DNA of 64,000 bases from Eledone cirrhosa (GCA_964016885.1 OZ024751.1:8370001-8434000), one strand, 5' to 3'. Positions 42,156 through 56,085 are shown, counted from the stretch's first letter. The notes: generated by a model from the letters alone, not told the origin. Program-made: numbers and translations.

Positions 42156-43778
42156 TCTTCATAATATATTAATATTTCTATTTATGATATCAAATCACTG
42201 TTTAAACTGTTGATGGAGTACTATTTATTCGTCTTACTGTTCATACATTTATTTAGTAATTGAATATTTCATCATGACAACCTGCATGAAATATCTTGTA
42301 TTTACTTTGCCAACAACCGTTGCGAAGTTACATGTTATACATAACTACACTACTGTTTCTCATAATTATTTCATTATTTTGCTAATTTAAATAATTAATG
42401 CAAAATAGTTTTTCTATTCTTATTCTCCTTACTTTGTAGCAGTTATTTGTTGAAGACAAAACTAATCTTCAAACATCTTCAAAAGTGAGTGATGTCTTAA
42501 CCTTCATATATTCCATTTACTCTCTTCAATGTGAGCGGTTTAAGTCTCTAGTAGTCCTGAGGTTCATTGGGAAATAATTTTGAGTAACAGTTAAATGAGT
42601 TCCACGTCATTAAAATATAAATCCAATGCATCTTGTAAATGTTGTCCTATTTATTGCACAATCTTTGTCCCAGTGTTTTGTGATGTTGCGAGGTATATTG
42701 TCGTAATACAACAATCGTTAGTAAATGTATAATTTTCATTGGTTATCATCAGAATTTAAATAGATAAATTAATTTGAAGGTTTATAAACAACATATATCG
42801 TTCATACAGTCTGATCTTATCTTTATAGTTATGTTAAAAACAAATGATTGTACAATTATAAAATATATGTCATGCAATCTACAATACGGAATATATTTAG
42901 TATATGTAGTTATATTAATGCCATTAATCCGGTAGGAATGTGTTCCCTAGTGTATATTATGTATCAAATTGGATAGTTTCATACAAGGAATATCAAGAAA
43001 TAATTTCACAATCAAACATTTAACAGACATATTATATACTGATTAAGTTCCTAGCCTAGCAATAGTAGGTAAACCTCCCTCAAAATAGAACCTACTGTCT
43101 TAAGGAGAGTGCAGGACATTCTAAAAGTAGCTAGAATATATTATAGGCTGTTAATGTTATTTAGGCAATGTTTAGTCTGGCATGCATATCAGAATTAAGA
43201 ATTTGTGCATTATATATTTTTTATCATCGCAATTAAAACTTTTCTTGCAGGGGGAATTAAATCAATTCGATTGCTTCAAGTTCTTCATAAGAATTATATT
43301 TTTAACAGTGGTAAAAAAATCCTCAATTTAAATTTAGCTGAATGTTCCCATGTTTAAAGAAGTTTGGTTTTGAAACAAATGAAACAGTTTCAAGTATTGA
43401 AATTAATTTATATTGTTCTAGTATCCCAGTACCGAACATGGCGATATATAAAGAGGTATAGGCATCGTTCTGTGCTTAATCATTTTGTTTTTGTAATTTA
43501 TTCCCCAACGCATTCGCCGGCTCTATGAACATGTATTCTCTATGATAGAGAGTGAAATTCCATATGGATTGTTTGACCGATTTGGTCGTTTACCGTTTAT
43601 ACAAACCAAATGACAAATACCATATGTTCAATCCATTATAATTAATTAATCACCAGGCAGATATTTCCACATGAGATATTTTGTTTTGATGACCACCAGT
43701 AAAATGTTCTTTGTTGTGTAATCAAAACTATATTAGAAAGCATAAACTTAGATTCTGTTTATCACAATCGATTGTGTG

Positions 43779-43860
<82 letters not shown>

Positions 43861-44353
43861 GATACTTGTATACTTATAAATACAATCATGTAATCGTACA
43901 CAAGCATTCCACCCCCAACCTACATGCAAAAACACGCAAATTTTAATATATATATATATATATTTTTATATATGTACATGATTTATTTCAGGACACGATC
44001 ACAATTTGTTGATCTTGATTTATGAATGCGAAAAACAAGCCTAATTCTGAGAAGATCGAATACCGAATGGAAATTTCTAGGATCAACTTTATTGGACACA
44101 TTGATTAGGTCGTAAATTGTATTGCTTTGTCGTATAATGTTGGTAAACTCAATATCGTTGTGAAATTACACTCAGAAAGCTAAAGGACATATAAAACATC
44201 TCCTTTGTAGCTAATGGAAGCAGCATTTTATCTGTCATTAATCCCATCCCATACTATACTTATTTTGTTCATGTTTTCTCTGCTCACATTTTCCAATGGA
44301 ATCGAAACTACAGATACATGCACACACACTCACACACACACACACACACATAT

Positions 44354-44425
<72 letters not shown>

Positions 44426-44579
44426 ACACACACACACGTGTATAAACATATACATATATTTATTTATGTATATACATACAACATATATAATTCGGATGCA
44501 TGTTTACATATGGGCGTATATATCCATCTATATATACCTTTATTTGTCTGCCTCTCTGTTTTGTTCCCGTATAAACGTC

Positions 44580-44643
<64 letters not shown>

Positions 44644-45248
44644 AGACATACGTTCTTGCATATATATGGATAAATATATATATGGGTGTACGTGTGTGTG
44701 AGAAAGAGAGCCTATGTGTCTGTGTGTGTGTCTGTGTGTCTGTGTGTCTTGTGTGCTCGTAGATATTATTATGTCTGTATATGCTTGCGTGTTTTTGTGT
44801 TTAGTATGTGTATAGCGCTGATTTATCTACTTACATGTCCCAAAATAGCATATGGCTTAGATCTAATTTGGTTCTGGGATTACACCGGCTTAACAATATA
44901 TCAGGAATCTTTGTTCTTCTATTTTATAACAAAGGTTAAATCTAATCAATTTATTTTCTTGTAGACAATAAAAGTGAGCAAAACTATTGTTTCTTACTAC
45001 AATCCCCGAACACAGATAACGAAACTACAATTAACATTCTTAATGTAAACATAATTTTCACTTTCAACAGCCATTTATTAGACATAAGAAATAAATGAGT
45101 AATGAAACATGGCCCCTCTCAATTGTGATTTATTAATACCAATCTCTAAACTAAGAATGTTATACGCTGATATTAGTTACATAATCTAAACGTATATTAA
45201 ATTTAAATCCCCATAAGTAGCATTGACTCCCCAAAACTTCTACTTCTC

Positions 45249-45325
45249 GTTCTTCTTCTTCTTCTTCTTCTTCTTCTTCTTCTTCTTCTTCTTCTTCTTC
45301 TTCTTCTTCTTCTTCTTCTTCTTCT

Positions 45326-45363
<38 letters not shown>

Positions 45364-45498
45364 CCCACCGCTACCAAAATCATGAACTTCATCAGCGTAA
45401 CCACTACCACCACCATTACAACCACCACCATCACCGTCATCATCATCATCATCATCATCCTCATCATCATTATTATTATTGTTATTATTATTATTATT
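45249..45498. repeat. Compound microsatellite (TTC)n(GTC)n...(CAC)n(CAT)n(TAT)n
   Basis: Directly visible. Confidence 0.95.
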
Positions 45499-45913
45499 AA
45501 GGCGGTGAATTGGCAGTATCAGTAGAGGGTCGGACGCCATGCTTTCCTACATATTTACGTCGCTTTACTGTCTGAGTTCAAATCCCGTCGAGGTTAACTT
45601 TGCCTTTCATTCTTACGGAGTCAATAATGCACTGGGTCATTGCTGGCCTTGTGCCAAAGTAGAAACATTATTATTATTATTGTTATTATTATTATTGTTG
45701 GCTAGACCGTTGCACAATATGCTTTATGGCATAGGGTTACGCCCCTTTACGATCTGAGTTCAAATCCTGCCGAGGTTAGCTTTGCCTTTCATCCTTACGA
45801 TAAAATAAGGCACCAGTAATGCACTGGAGTCGATTTAATCGACTTTCCCCTCCCCCATATTGTTGGCCTTGTGCCTAGAGTAAAAACAATTATTAATATT
45901 ATTATTATTATTT
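45499..45913 (+). mobile_element. Two tandem OK-like SINEs separated by (TTA)n
   Basis: 45499-45690 and ~45697-45913; the second keeps the GTCGATTTAATCGACTTTCCCCTCCCCC segment absent from the young copies. Confidence 0.85.
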
Positions 45914-46306
45914 GAAAAGTAAAATGAGAGTAGAGTGGGGGGGGTGCTCTCTTCCCAGCTTTTTGTTGAAAGATGGGTGACAGAGGCAAGAATGGCCCGA
46001 GTGAATGGACCTACTCTGAGTATATGCCTGTAAATTGAAGGTGGAAAACTGGGAGAGGACACTTGCCCAGGTGGTAAGGTTCACCGTGGCTTTTATTAAT
46101 GAACTTTCTCCACGATGGCCCTCTGAAGTCTCCCCCCCCCTATTGGGGAATGTTTCATTGTTCTTTAATTACATCCTCTGTTTTTTTGTTTTTTTTTTAC
46201 ACGCAGAATGGCCCATTTGTACCGTCCTGTATTGTCCTGTATTGTCCTTAATGTCTACTTTATGTAAACCCATGTCGTTAATGGAGAAAGTATTATTATT
46301 ATTATT
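45914..46306 (+). mobile_element. 3' end of a Tx1/L1-like LINE
   Basis: LKSKMRVE...FVERWVTEARMARVNG..* followed by a T-rich 3' UTR and a (TAT)n tail. Confidence 0.55.
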
Positions 46307-47758
46307 GTTCTTTGAGTCTAAGTCATTGATGTTAGTTAATGGAAAGTTTGTTGAAATGAATATCAAGCCACTACCTGCAGTCTCGGATATTCAGGACGTA
46401 TCGGAGGTTTCTTGCTGTTCCCAGAAAGCATGCCTTTTGAAGCGTTCCAAAATGCGTGAAGGGGCCAATTTTCTTTAACCATCCCTGGAAACTTTTTGAG
46501 ATAGTACCTAGTGCGCCTATGACAATCGGGACCACTTTGACTTCATGGCAGTTCCAAATCCTTTTTACCTCCCACTTTAAGTCCTGGTATCGGTTAATTT
46601 TCTCCCTCTCCTTCTCTTGCACTATCGTGTCGAATGGGCAGGCCACATCCACAATCAGGCACGATCTTTTTTCTTTGTCCAAAACCACCAGCTCAGGTAT
46701 ATTGTGTTCCAGTTTCTTGTCTGTCTGTATCCTAAAATCCCACAGCACCTTCACCTGATTGTCCTCCATCACCGCCTCTGGCTTATGCTCAAACCACTTC
46801 TCAGAATGTGGTAAATTGTTTACTTTGCATAGGTGCCAGTGGATCACCCTGCCCATCACATCATGTCTCCAGCCCTTATAGTGGGTCTGGGCTAGGTGTT
46901 TACACTCGGATACAATGTGAGCCACAGTCTCCTCTCTCTTTCCACAGATCCTGCACAGTGGGCTAGCCTCCTCCTTGTAAATATGGTGTTTCAACTACTT
47001 CGTTTTGAGGGCCTACTCTTGCGCAGCCATTAACATTCCTTCTGTAGCCTTTTTAAGGTATCCTCTTTTCAACCAGTTCCATGTCTGTGGATCTCTGAAT
47101 TCAGTTTTCTCAAAGAATGTACTATGAAGGGATTTTTCCTGAAGGCTGCTCTTTCTCCTTGATGTTATTTACTCCTTGGACATCCCCTGGTCTATTGTCC
47201 TCTCCTTCAGTACAGTTCTGAGCATTGGCTCCTTACTATCAGTCACGTATTTGTGTAGGTTGTTTTTCTCCATCTGAACACAGTCCTCTATGCTGATAAA
47301 GACCTCTTCCACCTTCATATCTCCTTAAGTAGAGTCTATCGACATCACTCCTCTTGTGGAACATGTTGTAGATAGTCAATCGCTTCCTAGTCTTCCTATC
47401 CATTTCTTTTTGTTCAGCAACATTCCATTTCAGAATTCCCGCACTGTACCTAATAATAGACACAGCTCGGAAATTTACTGCACTTATGGCATTCCTACTG
47501 TTCAGATGTGACTTTAATACGCTCCTTACTCTCCGAATGTATTCTATTCTTATCAATTCCTTCATTTTTTTGTTCTTGATGTCATCAGCCTCCAGAACAC
47601 CCAAATAATTGTATCCTTCTTCAGTGTCAATTTCCTTTATCATCTCACCTGTTGGTACCTGGATTTCGTTACTTCTGCTCAATTTACCCCTCTTCATCAC
47701 AAGGACTGCACACGTACTGATACCAAATTGCATACATATACCATAGCTGAAAATACAG
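46307..47758 (-). mobile_element. R4/Dong-clade LINE, 3' half (RT end, zinc knuckle, RLE endonuclease)
   Basis: [76 protein letters not shown]; bounded by (TAA)n on both sides. Confidence 0.93.
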
Positions 47759-47788
47759 AATTATTATTATTATTATTATTATTATTAT

Positions 47789-49032
47789 TGGTTGGTGAAG
47801 CCACGCTTCTTCTCGCCTCCAGTCTTTTTCAACGTTTTACCTCTTTTTCAACCGTTCTAAACCTTTTATTCAAGTTTTAAATTTGATAAAAGTTTAGAAG
47901 AATTGCCCCACCTAATACAGGGGTTCACTAGTAAATTATACGGCACCCCTTTACGGGGTGTCGTACTCGTATTTGTGTAAAAATAATTTTTTTGAAAAAT
48001 GTCAACATGGATAACACAAAATAGAGAGTGAGCGCTGTCAGACAACACAGAGAGAGGGAGACTTTATCAGCATGTCAACAAGACAGCGTTCCAGCGGAGG
48101 TAAATAAAAACGAAAATATTACAAAGGAAAAAAAGATTGTTACAGATTTAAAATTAACAAATATTTCTAACACAAACAACACCAACAATAACACCAACAA
48201 CATCACCAACAACAATACCAAAAATAACAGCGGTAAGGTCGAGAACGACAAAAACAAAAATAACAGCGGTAAGGTCGAGAACAACAATAACAATGACAAT
48301 AACACCAGCCACAACAACAATAATAGAAGGAACAGTATCAACAAAAACAACAATAATAACAACAGCCACAATAACAGTAACAGCAGCAACAGTATCAACG
48401 AAAACAACACCAACAACTGGACCAGCGAAAAGAACAACAATGACACCGATACCTGTAATAGCGACCTCAGCACCACCAGTAAGACCAGTAGCGGCAGCAA
48501 TAGTGGTGCTGCTGAAAAAGGGACCACTTCTTTTGCAGGTGTAGCCCGAAATATCGAGACAGTGTTAGTCACAGAGGAGCAGATGGCAGTCGCAAGGGCC
48601 ATGGTGACAAGAAGCGCAAATAGAGTTTCCCTGAAACCTCCACCCGATTTGTTCAAGGACCAGCAGCTACGAACGGTGACTTACCGCACCGTAAGCAAAA
48701 TCTCACATCGAGTGGAGAGAGCCACGGAGGCTCAAATCCAAAAGGCTTTGGGGTGCGTCTAGGCACGCAAAACCCACATCACCCGAGGCAGAAAGTACGC
48801 CACAGTAGACGTACTTTTCGCCACCCCCCAGGAAGCAAAGTCTCACTCTTTGGAAACCCTAAAGAGTGAGGAGTTAGTCTTGGTGACCTCCTACTGCGGG
48901 CAGAAAATTGTAAGGGTCAAAGTGACCCAGGTCCCACCCGACGTGCCCATACCTTGGCTGGCGGCGTCTGTCCTTGCTGGTATTGAGATCAGGGCGACCA
49001 TGCTGCAAGTAGAAAAAATAGGGAGAGAGAAC
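47789..49032 (+). mobile_element. 5' UTR and gag-like ORF1 of a non-LTR element (Tx1-like), 3'-truncated
   Basis: Starts immediately after (TTA)n. Asn-rich low complexity, then TSFAGVA; one in-frame stop (48760-62), after which ...[23 protein letters not shown] continues; cut abruptly at the R4 junction. Confidence 0.6.
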
Positions 49033-49947
49033 TGACTTTAATACGCTCCTTACTCTCCGAATGTATTCTATTCTTAACAATTCCTTCATTTTTTTGTTCT
49101 TTATGCCATCAGCCTCCAGAACGCCCAAATACTTGTATCCTTCTTCAGTGTCAATTTCCTTTATCATCTCACCTGTTGGTATCTGGATTCCGTTACTTCT
49201 GCTCAACCTACACCTCCTCATCACAATGACTCCACACTTACTAATACCAAACTGCATACATATATCACTGCTGAAAATACGGACAGTGTCAACAAGCACA
49301 TCCAACTCCTTCTCACTCTTCCCGAAGAGGTTAAGATCGTCCATGAAGGGGAGGTGATTGATGGTAAGCCCTCCCTTTCCCAACCTGTATCCTGCTCTCA
49401 CTTTTCGCAGTACACTGGTCAAGGGCATCAGGGCAAGGACAAACAGCAGAGGGGACAGGCTATCTCCCTGGAAGATACCTCTCTTGATCTTCATGCTTCC
49501 CAAGGATTCTCCAGTTGATGTCAACTCTGTTTCCCAGGACCTCATACTTTTGCCCAACAACTGTCTGATGGTATCTGCCACCTTGAAGATCTCCAGGCTT
49601 TTGGTGATCCAAGAATGAGGCACCATGTCAAATGCCTTTCTGTAGTCTATCCATCCCATGGCAAGATCAGTGTGTCTCCTCCTGCAATTCCCCATTACCA
49701 TCTTATCAATAAGTAACTGGTCCTTTGTACCACGTGACTTCTTTCGGCATCATTTCTGTTCGTCCGGTAACAAGTTGTTTGTGTGGAGGTGATGGTAGAC
49801 TTCCTCAGACACAATGCTCGTCAACAGTTTCCACATTACGGACAGACATGTGATAGGTCTATAGTTGGTAACATCATTACCCTTGATTCGGTCTTTCATT
49901 ATCAGAACTGTGGTACCTTTTGTCAACCACTCTGGTACCTCACCTGT
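49033..49947 (-). mobile_element. Second R4/Dong-clade RT fragment
   Basis: [56 protein letters not shown]. Confidence 0.93.
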
Positions 49948-49951
49948 ATTA

Positions 49952-50080
49952 TTCTGAGTTCAAATCCCGCCGAGGTTGACTTTGCCTTTCATCCTTACGG
50001 GGTCGATAAAATAAAGTACCAGTAATGTACTGGATAATTGCTGGCCTTGTGCCTAAATTAGAAACAATTATTATTATTTT
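49952..50080 (+). mobile_element. 5'-truncated OK-like SINE
   Basis: From the B box to the (TTA)n tail. Confidence 0.88.
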
Positions 50081-51800
50081 TAATATTATTATTATTATTA
50101 TTATTGGGTTAGCAGGGGCAGCGGCTCGGCAATATCGCTAGAGCGTCGACAATATGGTATGAGCCATAGAATTACAGCCCTTTACACTTATTCTTCTGCC
50201 CTGATCTCTCTAAACGAATGTCAAAGTATGTGTGTATGTTTTAGAGTTAAGGAATTAACTATTGTAAAATTGTAATTGTTCTGATAATTAATATGAATAT
50301 GTTAACGTGTTTCACATAGGCTTATTAAGATTAGACGGTTGTTCTGAGAGCATCTTTTGTAGTCTTTTCAATATTACTCATAATATTAAGGAAATCATAT
50401 AGGTCATAGATTTAAAGATATTCTTCATAATTTACATGTTAATAATGATGGCATATTCTCAGAATATCCACCATAGTCCTAACAATATCGCTAATGTATT
50501 TAACAATATCACTAATATACTTAACAATATCCCTAGTAAGTCTACCAATCTTCTTTGATGTTACTAAAAATATCAAATAATCGACATTTACCGCAACTTC
50601 CATATAAACGGAGATAGAAATATATTCCGTACTTGGAACTCTGAGAGAGATATTGGAACAAGGCAGAAGATGTATCAAGTTATGCTAATCAAAATAACAT
50701 GGATATGTGAAAGCTCATTTTCTATCATCGTTTTCTGCACACAATACTATGAGTTTAAGAAAACCGTTCCCTAAAAGGAATATTTCATATAATTTATTCA
50801 CACCCACAGAAAAAAGACATTCCCTAATTTTAGTACTGTCGACGTATTATGCGTGTGTGTGTATGTGTGTTTGTGTGTGTGTGGGTGTGTGTGTGTGTGT
50901 ATGTGTGTGTGTGTGTGTGTGCGTGTATGTTCGCCCGTCTGTGTGTGTTTGTGTGTGTGTGCATATATATATATATGTGGCTGGGCGTATTTGAAGTGTG
51001 TGTTATTCAATGCTTTTGATAATAAATCTACTTGAAGAGAAATAATGAATAATAATAGTGTTGAACAACCAATAATATGTATAAAATATATTTTAACAAA
51101 GTATTATCCATTCGCTACGAATATGATATACCTATCCCAGTTCATTAACCCCAGATAGAGAAGACGTATGGCTTTGGTAAGGTAATTACTTATTTATCTG
51201 TTAGTTTAAGTAATTTGAGTTGATCTAGCATTGTCTTGACAACTGTAATTTGATATTTGTAGACGGCTGTAAAATGCACGACACGTTACCTTGAGTAAAA
51301 CAGTCATGTAGTCAAAAGGCGCTGACAATATTAGTGCTATGTAGTAATGCACATATTAGTTTGTGGAATATTGATGCTATTATGTACGTTTGAAATATAT
51401 GATAACAGACTGGCAGAGGTATACAGTCCAGAAGCATGTTGATTGTTCCTCAAAACCATTGTTCAACAAACAGGTAACGATGGGTGTACGTATGTATATA
51501 TATATATATATGTGTGTGTGTGCCCGTGTGTGTATGTATGTGTGTGCCTGTGCATACTTACATTTATGTATCAGCTGTGTTAGGGCAAAGAATAAACTTC
51601 TAATTCTATTTTTAATAATCAACAAGGCCAGCCGTAACTCACCCGGTATGGAAATGAGGCTACTGAGCCGATGTGTACTTAAGAAAATACTATTTATTTT
51701 CAACCGTACAACGGACTGGGAGAGGTATACAGTACTGTATACCTCTTTTATTCTTCCTCAAAGCCACTATTAAACAAAAAGATGACGACCGTCATATGTA

Positions 51801-51834
<34 letters not shown>

Positions 51835-51839
<5 letters not shown>

Positions 51840-52031
51840 TATTAAAAAAATAATGAATAAACAAAGAAACAGTTCCTTATATTAAACAAAAAAAGTTCAT
51901 TATTTTACGATCGTTTCTAGGACATATATGTGTTAGAATTGGTATGCATATTCTATAGATCTATGTACAATATTTATACAAACTATCAGAGGGAATATAC
52001 ATACCTTCACATATATATGCTGTCTTCAGAA
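51835..52031 (-). mobile_element. Single copy of the giant-stem-II HHR element
   Basis: Colinear with 17771-17955; retains CTGAAGA and GAAACGATCGTA on minus; abuts (TA)n. Confidence 0.85.
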
Positions 52032-52034
52032 TAT

Positions 52035-52411
52035 ATATAAGCATGTAGTATATGTACATACATATATGTATACAGACGTACAGTACTATGTATATATATA
52101 TACATACATGCACACGTATGTATATGCACGTATGGATTCACCAAGCATTTATTATAATGCTCGGTGTGTTTGTAAACGAGCAACGATGGTTGCTAGACAC
52201 TACGGCTTAATACGAGATGTTTGTTTACAAACACACCGAGCATTATTATAAATGTTTGGTGAATCCATACGTGCATATATATATGTGTGCATGTATGTAT
52301 ATATACATACTACTGTACGTCTGTATACATATATGTATGTACGTGTACATACTTATATTTAAGTAACAGCCGTACTAAGATTGGCAAATGAAATTTCGTT
52401 TCATTTTTTCC

Positions 52412-52415
<4 letters not shown>
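52035..52415 (+). mobile_element. Truncated copy of the 446-nt repeat family with an inverted 5' duplication
   Basis: ~52035-52180 is the reverse complement of ~52218-52358; the right arm matches ~20068-20280. Confidence 0.85.
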
Positions 52416-52489
<74 letters not shown>

Positions 52490-52627
52490 GTATATATATA
52501 TGTATATATATATGTGTGTGTGTGTATATATATATATCGATCGAGTTTCGTCAAATCGGACCGAGGAAAGAATGGTTTCGGGGGTCTTTCCGGTTGGTAG
52601 GTACTATCTATCGGTCGTAACTCCAGG

Positions 52628-52660
<33 letters not shown>

Positions 52661-52857
52661 ATGTGTGCGTGTATGTGTGTGTGTGTATGTGTGTGTGTGT
52701 GTATGTGTATGTGAGAGAGAGATTGTGTGTGTGTGTGCGTGTGTGGGTGTGGGTGTGTGTGTGTGTGTGTATACGTGTGCATACTTATATTTATATGATA
52801 ATCGTTTTCTATTTACTGTTACGGAGCACAATATTTTGGCATTTATTATCAAATAAT

Positions 52858-53036
52858 TGTTTCTACTTTAGGCACAAGGCCACCAATTACCCAGTGCATT
52901 ACTGGTACTTTATTTTATCGACCCCGTAAGGATGAAAGGCAAAGTCAACCTCGGCGCGATTTGAACTCAGATCGTAAAGGGACGTAACTATGCTGGAAAG
53001 CATGGCGTCCGACCCTCTACCGATACTGCCAATCCA
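52858..53036 (-). mobile_element. Young OK-like SINE
   Basis: Full body; TSD CAAATAAT. Confidence 0.93.
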
Positions 53037-56019
53037 CAAATAATAAGCTGGAAAATGATTTCGCAAAATCTACTTTCGATTTTCAATATTCCCTTCAGTT
53101 AATTCATACATAGATACATAATTTCGATGGGTACGTTGTTGATGAAAGACTCTCGTATTCTATATCTTCATACTCGTTTTGTCTATTCGCGTGTAGCTAG
53201 AGCCGTTAAAAGCTACTGATACAGAATTAGGTTTGGTACAATGACGTGCGTTTATGTAAGATATAGACACTTAGAGACATGAGTTGTTGGGAAATGTTGG
53301 GAAACAAAATTTTTGGAAACTGCGAAGGCTTTCACATAAAAAGTAAATATGGATTGTAAGTATAGTGAGAGAGATTTCATCGACGACGAGATGTAAAGTA
53401 TTACTTATTCCATAACCAATTATTCATTTTAGTTAAATTAAATCGTCAACAACTCTTTCCATAATAGTGTATCACTTGTTTTTATTTCATCAATTACATC
53501 CATCACGGATTTGTAAATAACAGTGTATTTAAATATCATGCAGAATGTTTCTAAGAAGCGCGAGACCTTTATTTTGGTGGTCGATTTTTTTTTGACAATA
53601 CAATATATTAATTCTATATAATTCAATTTTATGTTCATCTTCTCAACCAGATGACGCTGTAATTCTCTGAAAAAGAAATATCTTCATAATTTAGCTTATG
53701 ATACATTATACAATTATAGAAAATATCAATTAAAATTATATAAATGTTATGGGGCTTAACTATGTACATAATGCATTATTAATACATGTTTCAAATTAAA
53801 ATCACTAAATTTATTTATTATAATTAAGTTATGGCAAATTGTTCAGTTTAACTGAGATTATAATGTATTCTCAATAGCTTTTTGGTGTGATGTGACGAGA
53901 GAAAAGATATTTAATTCAATAATTCAAAATTATTGCGCAAGTCCACAATATTATACAGCTTGTAAGAGTTCGGACTTATACTATTTAATTTCCTTCATCT
54001 AATTTTGTAGCTAAGATTTATTCAAGGTCGAGTTTGCCTTTCATAGCTTCAAAAGGAATAGAAATACAACTAGTAATTTACTCTACTTAATTATATTGAC
54101 AACCGTTATCCAATAGATAGAAAAAATTGAACATAGATCAAAGATAACTATAATCTATGTTACAGATTGGTGTCATGCTCAGAAGAGGACATACATCAGG
54201 AATTGCTAATGTTATTAATTTCTGTTGATTTAATAAACGAGCGAGAACATTTTCAAGAGAATACACTGTAATATAATTTTACACTTGCTCATTTAAAAGG
54301 CTTTTTTGTTTTTTACTATGAAATTAATGGCCACGCATTTCCTAAGTCCTGCTCACAATTTAATTATATTCATTATTCCAAGAAAGTTACCAAGTATATT
54401 AATCTAAAAGAGTCTTTACAAATTCTTCCAGACATTTTGCATTTCACAAGGAAATAATAAAACGAATAAAATAAGGAAAGACGTAGATAGTGTATTACGT
54501 ATATTTCATAGATATATTAGTGTAAATCTAAACTACTTATCGATATTTGTTTATTTCGTTATCAAGCCTGAATAGATACTATATCAATCAATTCCTACAC
54601 ATGTTTCCTTATATTTCGGCGACAGGGAGATAACATTTTTATTTCTTTTTGTTCGTTCCAAAATTACTGCAAAGATAATATGTGAAGATATCTTGCAATG
54701 CATCGACTTGTGAAGAGGTCTGGTTGATAATAGTTAAGAAAGCAAGTCGATTCTTTCTTTAGTATTACAAATGTTGAAAAGTGAAATCAATAAAAAAAAA
54801 ATGTTTATTCTAACAAGATTCTTCATAATTTACGCACCATAAGATCGCAAATCTCTTGCGCGGCTGATATGATTGTGAATTCCAAGTTCTGCATAATGTC
54901 TATGACATGTGTTAGCAGTGTGAGTGTGTGTCGATATAAATGTATGTACTTGTATGCTGCCTAGCTACAAGATTTGTTTTTATTGTTTATCCTTTTGAAT
55001 ATGTTTGTATCTTTATCCCTGGCGCCAGGGTGTAATCAGTTGGTGTTTTTAACGGTATGCGTCTAACTCTGTCTGTAAGTAAGTGTAAGTATGTGTATAT
55101 CTGCCTGCCATAAATGTGTGTCTGTATTATCGATACAATATTTGTATAATATCAGAAACAAAATCACGCTTTTATATATTTTATTACAAATGTATATTAT
55201 TTGAAGCACTATTTTGTTTAAATGTCCAGTGTTTATATGTGTATTTGTTGTCAAATAACTAATATAACTGCTTGTCTAGTTATGAGTTAGTCATTTACAT
55301 ATGGTCTTCAGACTCCAATACATACAAGCCAGTATGTGTTCTTGAGTATGTAGGTTTAGTATGTAAATAAAAGGTTGCGTTGTGTTTGTATGCATATTTC
55401 GTAATTTTCTGGGGGGTTTTTTTCTCTGTGTTTAAATTGTGTTAAAAATATGACCAGTAACAGAGAATGAAATAGCTTGAAAGTGGAATATAAATTTAAA
55501 GCCTATTCATAAATTCAATTTTATTTCAATCCGGGCGGCTTCTCTACAATTAAGTACGGTTATTCTCTACAATTAAATACTGTTATTATTCTCATAAAAA
55601 GCCAATGGAGGCACATTTATGAGAAAGGATACAATGTCTTGGATTACAGATTTTTGTTAGAGAAAACAGGAGGTTCGTTTGTTTAAATTTGTTCTGCTTT
55701 ATTGCAAACATGCTCTTATTACAAATTCTGATTGATATCTTTCGATTAATACAGTCTATATATAAATTTGAGTGACTTCCCTCCGTCACACAGTGTTTGG
55801 GCGCGTGTACCTTTGTGTGAATGTATGTGTGTGGAAAAGGAAGGAAGGGGATGGTTCAAAACTATAGCAAAAAAGCGACAGACGTTTCATTTGCTACGCT
55901 GTGTTTGAGTGTATGTGTATATGTGTGTTCGTGAAAATGTATGTACTTGCGTATTTTTGTTAATGTATGTGTATTTGTATGAATGTATGTCTGTGTGTAC
56001 TTTTGTAGGTGTGTCTGTG

Positions 56020-56085
56020 TTTGTGCGTTTATATTGATATACTCATACATTTATATGTATGAGTATATCAATATAAACGCACAAA
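56020..56085. repeat. Perfect 31-bp-stem hairpin with a 4-nt loop
   Basis: TTTGTGCGTTTATATTGATATACTCATACAT-TTAT-ATGTATGAGTATATCAATATAAACGCACAAA. Confidence 0.95.

Noticed and set aside
48028-48762. 244-aa Asn-rich ORF as a host gene
   Set aside because: Lies between LINE fragments, continues past a stop codon as an ORF1-like sequence, and is truncated at a transposon junction
50480-50531. 21-bp tandem repeat (DIVKYIS) as a protein repeat
   Set aside because: Only about 2.5 copies; a simple local duplication
53438-53668. Exon-like minus-strand segment (TTTTCAG acceptor, ELQRHLVEKM...); similar weak pieces at 21335-21400, 50439-50690 and 55592-55789
   Set aside because: No recognisable domain and no consistent splice chain; needs RNA-seq or a homology search
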